Shown here one piece after another: positions 1 through 8,606 of a DNA stretch of 64,000 nt. The position numbers and the translations under genes are program-made. How positions within the stretch are numbered: position 1 is the stretch's first letter; every line of letters begins with the position of its first letter. The stretch is taken from positions 1-64,000 of the IMG/VR virus record IMGVR_UViG_3300037483_001012, one strand, 5' to 3'. The stretch comes from a virus. A model generated the notes under the pieces. It ran no database searches, was not told where the DNA came from, and was given only the letters and a program-made list of their open reading frames with translations.

Positions 1-95
1 CGGCGCAGCGGAACGCCGCGGTGCGCGCGGAACTGATTTTGCAGCGCTATACCAGGGAATTATATCCTTAACTTCATCAATCAGGAAATTAATAG

Positions 96-1205
96 TTGTT
101 TTTGACCTACAAATATCGCCTGTTGCCGTCGAAGCGCCAACATAAGGCGCTTTCTGAAATCTGCGAATCGCAGCGGTTGCTCTACAACGCCGCGCTGGAG
201 GAGCGCATCGATTGCTACCGTAAAACTGGCAAGGGCCGCAGCTATTTTGACCAATGCAAGGCGCTGACGGAATGCCGTCGTGATCTTCAGGAAATCGGTG
301 CGCTGCCGCTTAGCCTTCAACGCTGGACGTTGAAGCGCCTCGACGATGCTTATGGCGCGTTTTTTCGCCGCGTTAAAGCCCACAGCGGTAAGGCCGGCTT
401 CCCCCGCTTCCGCGGCAAGGGGTGGTGGGAGAGTTTCGGCTTTGCCGAGTTTCGCGGCATCCGGTTTAACGGCAAGCGGCTGCGCTTCAAGGGAATGCCG
501 AGCGGCCTCAAGGTTCATCTGCATAGGCCGATGCCTGCCGGCACTTCCATCCGGTCCTGCGTGTTTCGCCGCGACGGGCGCGGTTGGCACGTCTGCCTGC
601 AAGTCGCGATAGAATCCCCAAAGAAGCGCGCTGTTTCGACGATGGTTGGTGTCGATCTCGGGCTCAACGTCTTTGCCTATTGCAGCGACAATGTCGTTGT
701 TCCAAATCCGCGTATCGCTCGTAAGGCCGAAAAGGAAATGCGGCGGCGTCAACGCGCGCTGGCCCGTTGCAAGCGCGGGTCGAAGCGGCGGCTGAAGGTC
801 AAGGCGCGCCTTGCCAGGCTGCATCGTAAGATCGTCGATACCCGAACGACTTGGTTGCACCAGCAATCGGCGGCGCTGGTCAACCGAGCCGACTTCATCG
901 TGGTCGAAGACCTCAACATTAAGGGAATGATCAAACACCCGACGTTGGCGCGATCTATCGCCGATGCGTCGTGGTCAAAGTTCTTGGGCTTCCTGGAGTA
1001 CAAGGCTGAAAGGGCCGGTGCTCACCTCATTAGGATCGACCCGAGAAATACGTCACAGAAATGCTCAGGCTGCGGCGAACTGGTTCCGAAGTCACTGGCG
1101 GTACGGACGCATGCGTGTCCGCATTGCGGATTGGTGATCGATAGGGACTGGAACGCCGCCAAGAACATTTTGCGGGCGGGATTGCCCGCGGGGTGGCCAA
1201 CATGA
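96..1205 (+). CDS. tnpB: TnpB RNA-guided endonuclease (IS200/IS605 superfamily); no tnpA in window
   Basis: N-terminal TYKYRLLP HTH; RuvC motifs GVDLG, VVEDL, DRDWNAAKNI all intact; zinc ribbon CSGC...CPHC. Confidence 0.93.
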   Translation: MFLTYKYRLLPSKRQHKALSEICESQRLLYNAALEERIDCYRKTGKGRSYFDQCKALTECRRDLQEIGALPLSLQRWTLKRLDDAYGAFFRRVKAHSGKAGFPRFRGKGWWESFGFAEFRGIRFNGKRLRFKGMPSGLKVHLHRPMPAGTSIRSCVFRRDGRGWHVCLQVAIESPKKRAVSTMVGVDLGLNVFAYCSDNVVVPNPRIARKAEKEMRRRQRALARCKRGSKRRLKVKARLARLHRKIVDTRTTWLHQQSAALVNRADFIVVEDLNIKGMIKHPTLARSIADASWSKFLGFLEYKAERAGAHLIRIDPRNTSQKCSGCGELVPKSLAVRTHACPHCGLVIDRDWNAAKNILRAGLPAGWPT

Positions 1206-1244
1206 CCAATGGGCCGTGTTCACCCAGAAACACAGATTTGGCTC

Positions 1245-2570
1245 TTAAGGGAGCCAAGTACGTAAATCCACTATGAAGGCAATCCGCTGAAGCCACTCGC
1301 GCTTGTGCGCGAGCTCGTAGCCGGCGCCGTATTTCGGCTTCTCGAAGGCATGCCCCATCAACCCATCGATCATCTCCGGCGGCGCCTCGACCGCGCGCAG
1401 CCGATCCTTGAAGGTGTGCCGGAGCGAATAGAGCGTGTGATTTTCGGTCGGCCGCAATCCGTTATTCATCAGGAATCTGTTGACCAGTCCAGAAAGCGAC
1501 GCCGACTTGTCGCGGTACCGCGGGAAGCCGGCCGGCTGCGCGCGCAGCGCGTCGAGCGCAACGCCGACGAGCGGGATGTCCCGCAACGACTCGTCGGTCT
1601 TCATCCGCCGGCCGTCCGGCCGCACCTTGACGTGCGGAACCTGGTGGTCGAGCACGATGGTGCTCTCGTTGAGATTGGCGGCCTCCGACGGGCGCAGCCC
1701 GGTCTCTGCAATGAGATAAACCAGCCGGCGGGCCTCCTGGTTGAGCCGGTCGAGCGCGCCCGGCGCCAGCATGCGGCCCTGGACGAACGCCGGCTCGTAT
1801 GCGGCGCGCGTCCCGTCCTTGGCCCCGCCGATCTGCAGGTCGGAAAATACCTCCAGCAGTTCTGAGGGCAGCCGGTAATGGCGGACCACGGTCCGAACCA
1901 TTCGCTTCAGGTGGCTGAAATCCTTGCTTGCCGTCGCCGCGTCGACGTCGCCGGCGATCACCCTGTCCTGCCACCACTTCCAAAGGTCGAGCGCATCGGC
2001 GCGCGTCAGCGCGGCCGCATCCTTGTCCCCGACCACCGAGATCAGATTGGCGATCGCGCGCTTCTTCGGATTCGCCCATTTCCGGAGTTGGTCGGGCGAG
2101 AGGTCCATCAACTCGGCCTTGGCAATGTCCCGGAAGGCGTCAAACAGGCCGCCCAGGGGTATCTCGACCCGCGGAAGCCCGCCCAGCGCCGCGGAGACCG
2201 CCGCCGGATCGTCCAGCAGGCGTCGGCTGGCCAGCGCCTCCAGGCGCGCCAGGATATCCTGTAGCGGCGCCTGCGCCAGGTCGGCGGCCGGGACATACTC
2301 GAAGCCCATCCGCCGCGCCCGGGCCCGCGCCGCATCGTAGCGCCGGCGCGCGTCGACGGCCTGGCCCTCGGCCAGGGCCAGCCAATAGGCCTCGGTCTCC
2401 CGATTGATCGCATCGACGACCTTGGCGCCGCGCACGCCCATAGGATCGTCGGCGACCTTCACGCCGGTGGATTGCTTGACGACGCCGCGCCGGTCGAGCG
2501 CTTCAAATTCAAGTGGAACCCGGCGGGCGAAATACCAGACGCCGGCGCGATTGATGAGGAATTGAGCCAC
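1245..2570 (-). CDS. int: Tyrosine recombinase (phage integrase) with DUF6538-like N-terminus; start probably GTG 2570 (ORF extends to 2636)
   Basis: ETGLRPSE (catalytic R), K in RMKT, YSLRH, LMGH...KY; N-terminal GVWYFARRVP; adjacent to attP. Confidence 0.92.
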   Translation of the reverse strand: MAQFLINRAGVWYFARRVPLEFEALDRRGVVKQSTGVKVADDPMGVRGAKVVDAINRETEAYWLALAEGQAVDARRRYDAARARARRMGFEYVPAADLAQAPLQDILARLEALASRRLLDDPAAVSAALGGLPRVEIPLGGLFDAFRDIAKAELMDLSPDQLRKWANPKKRAIANLISVVGDKDAAALTRADALDLWKWWQDRVIAGDVDAATASKDFSHLKRMVRTVVRHYRLPSELLEVFSDLQIGGAKDGTRAAYEPAFVQGRMLAPGALDRLNQEARRLVYLIAETGLRPSEAANLNESTIVLDHQVPHVKVRPDGRRMKTDESLRDIPLVGVALDALRAQPAGFPRYRDKSASLSGLVNRFLMNNGLRPTENHTLYSLRHTFKDRLRAVEAPPEMIDGLMGHAFEKPKYGAGYELAHKREWLQRIAFIVDLRTWLP

Positions 2571-2582
2571 GGTTTTGGGCCG

Positions 2583-2605
2583 ATGTTGGACAGTTTGTTG
2601 GACAG
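2583..2605 (+). repeat. Putative integrase arm-type site, left of core
   Basis: ATGTTGGACAGTTTGTTGGACAG (tandem TGTTGGACAG), identical to 2770-2792. Confidence 0.8.
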
Positions 2606-2646
2606 AAAGCCTGCATCGGCCAGTTAATATAGTCAATGATAGCAGC

Positions 2647-2659
2647 TAAATCATTGATA
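2647..2659 (-). promoter_or_regulatory. IHF-binding consensus within attP
   Basis: TAAATCATTGATA is the reverse complement of WATCAANNNNTTR and lies between arm and core. Confidence 0.55.
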
Positions 2660-2684
2660 TTGCGTATTATTGTATTTCAAGATT

Positions 2685-2699
2685 TGGCGGAGACGGAGG
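2685..2699 (-). other. attP core matching a tRNA 3' end (tRNA-Ser-like)
   Basis: TGGCGGAGACGGAGG is the reverse complement of CCTCCGTCTCCGCCA (acceptor stem plus CCA); the rest of the tRNA is absent. Confidence 0.78.
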
Positions 2700-2769
2700 A
2701 CGCCACTATTATCCAGTGAGCTAAAATTCTGACGTAAAATCAATGGCCGGAGCCGGCACGGCCGAACTC

Positions 2770-2792
2770 ATGTTGGACAGTTTGTTGGACAG
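2770..2792 (+). repeat. Putative integrase arm-type site, right of core
   Basis: 23-bp perfect direct repeat of 2583-2605. Confidence 0.8.
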
Positions 2793-3114
2793 TGCCGGTG
2801 CTGACCGACTGCATCGATCGCTGCGGCGGTCGCGGCCGGCGCTAGGCCCGCGCTCAGGCGGGCGCCGACGGCCGCCAGCGCGCCCATACCCTAGCGCTAG
2901 AGCCGCGCGCCGACCGCGCCACCATGCCCCGCCGACGGTGCGGCGGTCAGCCGAGCCTCGCCGACAAAGGTGCTGCGAAGCTCAAGCAGCTCCTGAGCAC
3001 CACCACCGCAGGACCAAAATAGTCGGGGAATTACCCAAACTTGCTCTTCTTTACCCCTTCACAAATATCAATTTTCTGATATTAGTAATTAACCGTCATG
3101 GAGGTCCAATTCGT

Positions 3115-3435
3115 ATGCGCGCGCACCGGCTAAAAATCTGGCCAGCACAATTTGCCGCCATCGAAAACGGCTTCCTGCGCACGCAATTGCGAAGGGCCGA
3201 TCGCGACTACCGCGTTGGGGATAAGCTGCTGCTGACCGAATTTGACCCGGGCGCCGACAAACTGACAGGTAGATATTGCGGCGTCGAGGTCACCCACATT
3301 CTCACGACGGCCGATCATCCGCACGGGCTGCTCGACGACTTTGTGCTGCTGAGCATTGAGGTATGCGGAGATTCCGATATGGGCGGTCTGCTTGGCCAAA
3401 GCTGGTGCGCTCACGTCGAATGGGTGAAGCCATGA
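3115..3435 (+). CDS. ASCH/PUA-fold (DUF3850-like) protein
   Basis: HRLKIWPAQFAAI...RRADRDYRVGDKLLLTEF pattern; GGAGG RBS upstream of ATG 3115. Confidence 0.75.
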   Translation: MRAHRLKIWPAQFAAIENGFLRTQLRRADRDYRVGDKLLLTEFDPGADKLTGRYCGVEVTHILTTADHPHGLLDDFVLLSIEVCGDSDMGGLLGQSWCAHVEWVKP

Positions 3436-3449
3436 CGCCGCAGCAATTG

Positions 3450-3482
3450 CGCGCATCTTCGGGTGCGCGTTACGAAGGGCAG
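3450..3482 (+). repeat. 33-bp hairpin-containing direct repeat, copy 1
   Basis: CGCGCATCTTCGGGTGCGCGTTACGAAGGGCAG; 28/33 identical to 3825-3857. Confidence 0.7.
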
Positions 3483-3512
3483 TTTTCATTTTCATACAGA
3501 GGAGACGGGAAG

Positions 3513-3818
3513 ATGGCGGTTCAAGACTATTTGGGAATTCTCGGATTTGTCGTGCGCGACCGCGTGACGAATTTCGAAGGCGTTGCGGTTGGAATCTGCT
3601 TCGACCTTTTTGGTTGCGTGCAGGTTGATGTCCGGTCCCGTGGCGCGGACGAAAAAGGCGAACTCCGCAAAGGCTACTATTTCGACCACAAGCGGCTCGA
3701 AGCGATCAGCCTGGAGCCGGTGATGGCCGTTCCGACATTCGAAACACCGGATGTTCCGCAATATTCGCCCGGCCGCGAACGCGGCGGCATCGATCACTCA
3801 GCAACCGAACGCGCCTGA
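3513..3818 (+). CDS. Hypothetical phage protein
   Basis: GGAG RBS; VRDRVTNFEGVAVG..FDLFGC motif typical of small phage proteins. Confidence 0.7.
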   Translation: MAVQDYLGILGFVVRDRVTNFEGVAVGICFDLFGCVQVDVRSRGADEKGELRKGYYFDHKRLEAISLEPVMAVPTFETPDVPQYSPGRERGGIDHSATERA

Positions 3819-3824
3819 TCGAAC

Positions 3825-3857
3825 CGCGCATCTTCTAGTGCGCGTCAGGAAGGGTAG
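3825..3857 (+). repeat. 33-bp hairpin-containing direct repeat, copy 2
   Basis: CGCGCATCTTCTAGTGCGCGTCAGGAAGGGTAG. Confidence 0.7.
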
Positions 3858-3886
3858 AGGCAGATGACCGCGAATTTTAGGGGACG

Positions 3887-4228
3887 ATGATGACCGAAGC
3901 ACAGTTAGAGCGGGCAGCAGAACTGATCCATACCCGCGATGAAATCAAAGAATTTCTCTCGGCTCGCAATCCCAAATCCGCGCTCGTTCAAGAGTATGCC
4001 AAAAGCAAATATGAGTTTCAGCAGCGCGAGGCCAAAAAGATTCCGAAGGTGGGTGTGGCCGAAATTGTACTCATTGACGCGGAGCGGTGCGACAAGGTCG
4101 ATGAGCCGGACTCCTTGGCATATTGGTACATCGCGCGCGACGTTCTGGAAAGTTCGCTGCGGTCCTATCTGCCGAAGGTGGAAGCCGAACTGGCGTCTCT
4201 CGGCATCAAACCGAAAAAGGCGCGCTAA
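3887..4228 (+). CDS. Hypothetical protein
   Basis: 113-aa ORF with protein-like composition, co-oriented in the block. Confidence 0.65.
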   Translation: MMTEAQLERAAELIHTRDEIKEFLSARNPKSALVQEYAKSKYEFQQREAKKIPKVGVAEIVLIDAERCDKVDEPDSLAYWYIARDVLESSLRSYLPKVEAELASLGIKPKKAR

Positions 4229-4372
4229 ACACCCATCACCACTTCAACCAAGTGAGAGATAGAGGGAAATAGAAAATGGCAGCAACACCGGGACCGGCAA
4301 GCGACAGTGCCGTGCGCAGCAAACGCAGCGGCACGATCTATCTGCCATAAGCAACAAATTTAAGAGGTTCCA

Positions 4373-4672
4373 ATGTCGGTGACAGAATTCCGCAAGGCTC
4401 CGCCGCAATCACCTGCCCAGAAGCGGATAGAGGCTATCGTTAAAGTAGCTGCTGATCTTGGCATGGGCGGATTTGCTCTAGCCAAGTTGCGAACCGCCGC
4501 AACCGAACAGATTGAGCCGCTGACGGAAGCCCTTAAGCCTTTCGCGGCGTTCTCTGACAAGGCCGCGCAGTTTGTCGATGCCCGAGCCAAGGATGGCGAG
4601 GCACCAATCATGCCGACGAAAGATTTTCGACTGTCAGATTTCCAACGCGCAAGCGATCTGCTGAAGGCTTAA
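4373..4672 (+). CDS. Hypothetical protein
   Basis: GAGG RBS; 99 aa. Confidence 0.65.
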   Translation: MSVTEFRKAPPQSPAQKRIEAIVKVAADLGMGGFALAKLRTAATEQIEPLTEALKPFAAFSDKAAQFVDARAKDGEAPIMPTKDFRLSDFQRASDLLKA

Positions 4673-4790
4673 GACCGCTAATCATGCAACAACGCAAACC
4701 CGATCAAGCCGCAACGTCAAACGCGCACGGCACTGCGACGTGCACACGCACAGAGCCGAAGCCAACCCCCACCACGGAGCAGACTCCAAA

Positions 4791-5606
4791 ATGACTGACA
4801 GTGACAGGGTTACGGTTAGGGAAGCGTTGGAGCCGTTTGCGAAGATCGCGGACAATGAGAAACTGCAATCGATGTTTGCCGATGGACACATGTCGATGTC
4901 CGTCGCGCTGATGAACGGCAACGTCACTCAAAGCGTCATTCACTATTGCCTCAAGGTCGATGACTTCCGCAACGCGCGCGCTGCTCTCGCCGCCCTCGCC
5001 AGTGAACCGGGGGTGAGTGAGAAATCAGCGGGCGATTTGTCGGCGCAATTGATCGCGGCAGCTAACCGACCCGGCGTCGATATTTACACCAAGACGATGC
5101 TTTGGCAGGCGACCACTATGATCGACGCTCTCTCCCGCCAGCAACCTGCGGGGGAAGCGGGATGGCAATCGGCTGATACGGCGCCGAGAGACGGAACGCC
5201 GTTCATTGGCCGCGGCGGCGTATATCATAACATGCCGTTCGCGGTGGCTTATCGGCCTTCCGAGTTTAAGCCTGGAGAGCCTTGGCTGAATCTTATAAAC
5301 GGCCACCGTCTTCCAGAGCATTGCCTTTCGCTTTGGCTACCCATGCGCGACGAGCGCAGCGGCACGAGCGAGGCCGATATAGCCGCAGCAATTCGAGCGC
5401 ATTTTCTTGAAAAAGGAAACTACGCCGTCTTGTCCTCTGACGGCGTTGAGCGGGTTTACTATAACGGATTTTCGCTTACCTCTTTGGCTCGCTCCATCTT
5501 CGAGTACCTTAATCCAGCCCCAACGCCAGTCGCGCATGTTGATGAGACGCGCGCAGGCAAAGAGCAGAAGCCATCCCACTCCCCCCATATGGAGGGTAGA
5601 CAGTGA
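4791..5606 (+). CDS. Mosaic hypothetical phage protein with DUF551-like segment
   Basis: GWQSADTAPRDGTPF...LWLPM segment; GGAG RBS. Confidence 0.6.
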   Translation: MTDSDRVTVREALEPFAKIADNEKLQSMFADGHMSMSVALMNGNVTQSVIHYCLKVDDFRNARAALAALASEPGVSEKSAGDLSAQLIAAANRPGVDIYTKTMLWQATTMIDALSRQQPAGEAGWQSADTAPRDGTPFIGRGGVYHNMPFAVAYRPSEFKPGEPWLNLINGHRLPEHCLSLWLPMRDERSGTSEADIAAAIRAHFLEKGNYAVLSSDGVERVYYNGFSLTSLARSIFEYLNPAPTPVAHVDETRAGKEQKPSHSPHMEGRQ

Positions 5607-6121
5607 ATCATCCCGGCACGATCACGCGAAGAGACGATTGGGATAGGCCCTCGAAATATGGTGCCATGCTCGGCCGCGCCTTGGCGCTGATGGCCGCGTT
5701 CGGCCGCAAAGACGCGGGCTTCGAAATCCCGGAGGGCTGTGCAACTTGCGCCTTCCGCGAAGGCTGTATGACGAACATGACCGCCGGCACTCTCAAGATC
5801 GCGCTGGATTGCGTTCTCGGCATCGATCCCGACCGCTTCGCCTGTCACCACGGCATGAAGGAAGGCGAACCGACCAAGCTATGCACCGGCTATGTCGCCG
5901 CCATCCTTGCGCCGTTCTCGCTGGTGAAAGAGGTCATGACGGCCATCAACGCCGACATGAAGGCCATGGGTGACGGCCCCGACGAAGTGCGCGCTGAGTT
6001 TGATGCCTGGCTCGCAAAGGCGGATCCCGAAGGCAAGATTGATGACGTTTATCAACTTGCGCGGATGTACGAACGTCACCGCGCGCAAACGCCCTCCCCC
6101 TCCCCACAGACGGAGGGATAG
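5603..6121 (+). CDS. Hypothetical Cys/His-containing protein
   Basis: CATCAFR...FACHH...LCTGY; GTGA overlap with previous gene. Confidence 0.7.
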   Translation: MNHPGTITRRDDWDRPSKYGAMLGRALALMAAFGRKDAGFEIPEGCATCAFREGCMTNMTAGTLKIALDCVLGIDPDRFACHHGMKEGEPTKLCTGYVAAILAPFSLVKEVMTAINADMKAMGDGPDEVRAEFDAWLAKADPEGKIDDVYQLARMYERHRAQTPSPSPQTEG

Positions 6122-6176
6122 TTGGATCAACGCGTACTGCGTTGGTCAACGATTAGAACAACAACGAGGAATTACC

Positions 6177-6578
6177 ATGTCCGACGTCGGAATCCTGAAC
6201 GTTGGTTGCGGCGACACCAAGCTGTCGTTTGATCCGAAGAACCCCGCCGACTGCATCCGCGCGGCTCGAATCGTAAAGGACATGCTCCGCCGCGGCTTTG
6301 CCCTCATCGTCGAGGTGGAGGAAAACGGCGTCAAGGTCAATCGCCGCGTTCACGACTTCGACGAAACTAAGTGCGAATACATCATCGCCGACTTCGATCC
6401 TCTCGTCGCGGCCGACGTCGACAATCAAGGAAGGCAAGATGAGGAAACTAACAGCACGGAAGCGGCGCCGGCAAGCGATGAAGTCGCAGCAGCGAAAGGA
6501 TCGTCGCGGAAGCAAAAGCGCCGCATCCCAGCGCGCGGCGCCAAGGCCGTCGCCGTTCCTCACATCGCCGGCGGATAG
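6177..6578 (+). CDS. Hypothetical protein ending in C-terminal AGG
   Basis: GAGGA RBS; ends AVAVPHIAGG. Confidence 0.7.
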   Translation: MSDVGILNVGCGDTKLSFDPKNPADCIRAARIVKDMLRRGFALIVEVEENGVKVNRRVHDFDETKCEYIIADFDPLVAADVDNQGRQDEETNSTEAAPASDEVAAAKGSSRKQKRRIPARGAKAVAVPHIAGG

Positions 6579-7335
6579 GGCCGAGGCGATCGCCGCAGTC
6601 GAAGCCTTCGACAACTTTGCTGGGCTCCGTAATGGACTTCGTAAAATCGCGGCCGAGCGCGAAGATTGGGCCGGCCTTCCGATGCCGCTCGATGGGCACC
6701 GGCTCATTATCCATCCGCGTTACCAAATGGCGAAAGAGTTCAGCGAAATAGGCCGGCCGGCACCAGAGCCGGACGACGGCAAGGCCGTGTTGCGCAATGA
6801 ATTCTGGTCGACCCGCCACCGGTGCCACGTCGTGATCTGGGACGAAGATGACAAGGTGCAATGGGGACCAGTACCTGGCTTTCACCATTTGGACCACGAT
6901 ATACGGACACTCGGCGCCAGCGTGGCTTGGGGGCTTGAGCAGGAAGGTAACGCGGTCAAACTACTAGCGACGATGCTGCGGCACCACCAGTTCAAGCAAT
7001 ATCTGCTGACCGGGATGTTTTTGGAGACCAGTCGCCGCAGCGGTCTCACTTATATGTTCCGAAAGTTGAAACCGACGGTGGTGATCGATGGCAGGGTCGG
7101 TCATAGTAAGTATCGGATTGGTGCCACAGCGGCCGAGCCGACCGATGACAGTAGCGCCACAATCCTTTGTACCCTGTGCATGCACGCGATCGCCTACTAC
7201 GAAAGATCATGGGCGGGAGCTATGGTTCCAACAGACGACGTGATCGCTGCGCTGGCGCTGATGCGTGGCGACGAGCATATGTTATGGAAGCGCGCGAACC
7301 AAACGCCGCCAGGGCGGCCGGAGGCAGGACTGTAA
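6439..7335 (+). CDS. Hypothetical phage protein; start uncertain, overlaps previous gene
   Basis: Long ORF; C-terminal LCMHAIAYYERSWAGAMVPTDD...LWKRAN. Confidence 0.7.
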   Translation: MRKLTARKRRRQAMKSQQRKDRRGSKSAASQRAAPRPSPFLTSPADRAEAIAAVEAFDNFAGLRNGLRKIAAEREDWAGLPMPLDGHRLIIHPRYQMAKEFSEIGRPAPEPDDGKAVLRNEFWSTRHRCHVVIWDEDDKVQWGPVPGFHHLDHDIRTLGASVAWGLEQEGNAVKLLATMLRHHQFKQYLLTGMFLETSRRSGLTYMFRKLKPTVVIDGRVGHSKYRIGATAAEPTDDSSATILCTLCMHAIAYYERSWAGAMVPTDDVIAALALMRGDEHMLWKRANQTPPGRPEAGL

Positions 7336-7338
7336 TCG

Positions 7339-7758
7339 ATGGCAGTGATCGCCCGCACCCTATTCCACGGCACGTCGACAGGATACCTAAGTCAGATCCT
7401 CCGCAACGGCCTTGACCCGAAAAGCTCGTGCAAGAAATACCTTTGCTACACGGATGATCTGGCGATCGCCAAGCACCATGCCACGCACATGGCTGAATGG
7501 GATGAGGTTGTGCTCGAGAAGACGTGTCGGCCAGTGATCTTCGCTATCCCATCCGACCAGTTTCTGCCGACGGGCTTCTGTCTCGACGAAAACTTTATTG
7601 ATCTTGGACCATCGGCTGGTCGAGCGATAGGAAGACCTCTTGCCCACATCCTGAGATCTTGGCACCTGGTGTTCAATATATCCGGCTCGGTTGGCTATAA
7701 CCGCCTGTTGCGAGTTAGGCGCCCCATGATCATCGGTCGCCCGGTTCTAGATTATTGA
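7339..7758 (+). CDS. Putative ADP-ribosyltransferase-fold protein (HGT-motif class)
   Basis: LFHGTS..L..IL.NGL.P...YLCYTDDLAIA..HA layout seen in Tpt1/KptA/PARP-like ART domains. Confidence 0.55.
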   Translation: MAVIARTLFHGTSTGYLSQILRNGLDPKSSCKKYLCYTDDLAIAKHHATHMAEWDEVVLEKTCRPVIFAIPSDQFLPTGFCLDENFIDLGPSAGRAIGRPLAHILRSWHLVFNISGSVGYNRLLRVRRPMIIGRPVLDY

Positions 7759-7951
7759 CGATCCAGTCCCTATCATCACCAAGAAGCGCCAGGCGGTAGA
7801 CATTTTCCTGCGGAAAGCTTCGCAACACCACGCGGCCGCGCCTGGTGGTTTCGAACGGGTAAGCATCGAGTAGCCGCCGCTCGATCAGCAGCGCCACCGT
7901 CACTGGCGACATCGCTTCGAACATCTTGTTGCGGGCAGCGGTGCCGCTCAT
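7730..7951 (-). CDS. Hypothetical protein
   Basis: ATGA-coupled to the upstream gene at the end of the minus-strand block. Confidence 0.5.
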   Translation of the reverse strand: MSGTAARNKMFEAMSPVTVALLIERRLLDAYPFETTRRGRVVLRSFPQENVYRLALLGDDRDWIVNNLEPGDR

Positions 7952-8169
7952 TTTTCCTCGATTAGGTCCGGTGCATTGAATCGTCGTGGCTCTTGACGCC
8001 AGTCGCCTTCGGCGAAGACGACAACATCGCCATCGGCGATCTCACGCGCCGCCAGCTTGTCCCACCAGCGATGAATAAAGGTCGGAGGACCCCAGATCTT
8101 CACTGCGCTCCAATAGCGGTCGTCCTTGAAACCGACGAAGTGGATGCAGCGCACTGTGTGATCGCCCAT
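7948..8169 (-). CDS. Hypothetical phage protein
   Basis: IHFVGFKDDRYWSAVKIWGPPTFIHRWWD; 73 aa. Confidence 0.65.
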   Translation of the reverse strand: MGDHTVRCIHFVGFKDDRYWSAVKIWGPPTFIHRWWDKLAAREIADGDVVVFAEGDWRQEPRRFNAPDLIEEK

Positions 8170-8271
8170 GCCGACGATTCCGTGGGGCCCGACCTACCCG
8201 CGTCGTCGGGTCTTGGGCCGGGGCCCCTGCTTTCCCCTACGACGCCCGGATTTTTGCACCGGCAGGATTAC

Positions 8272-8484
8272 TTAGTAATGCTTGACAATCTTGAGCCCAT
8301 GAACGTGAAACCGACCGAACGCATCGGGCGAAATGCTATCCCACGCCACCAGCAAACCAGAGCGCGCCGCCTCCGCCATCAGGGCGGCAACCGGCTCGAG
8401 TGCCGCCGTCATCTTATCCTTGATTTCGGCAGCTATTTCTGCCTCCGGCCTTGTTGGGATCATCTTTGCGACATTGTCCGTCAT
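8272..8484 (-). CDS. Hypothetical protein
   Basis: GGAGG RBS before ATG 8484. Confidence 0.6.
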   Translation of the reverse strand: MTDNVAKMIPTRPEAEIAAEIKDKMTAALEPVAALMAEAARSGLLVAWDSISPDAFGRFHVHGLKIVKHY

Positions 8485-8606
8485 TTGTTCGCCTCCACCG
8501 CCCATTCACTGATAAAGTCCAGACAGGTTAACCACATCTGAATGTGATGGTTCAATCCATGCTTATCCGGTTGACTCCCAAACCTACTTGGGCTAGTATT
8601 CTCGGC

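Noticed and set aside
81-938. 285-aa minus-strand ORF
   Set aside because: Antisense shadow of tnpB with no independent motifs
2660-2760. Complete tRNA gene
   Set aside because: Only 15 nt match a tRNA 3' end; no T-loop or cloverleaf, so treated as the att core
2743-3114. N-terminal extension of the ASCH-like ORF
   Set aside because: Low-complexity Arg/Pro translation overlapping the attP arm; an RBS supports ATG 3115
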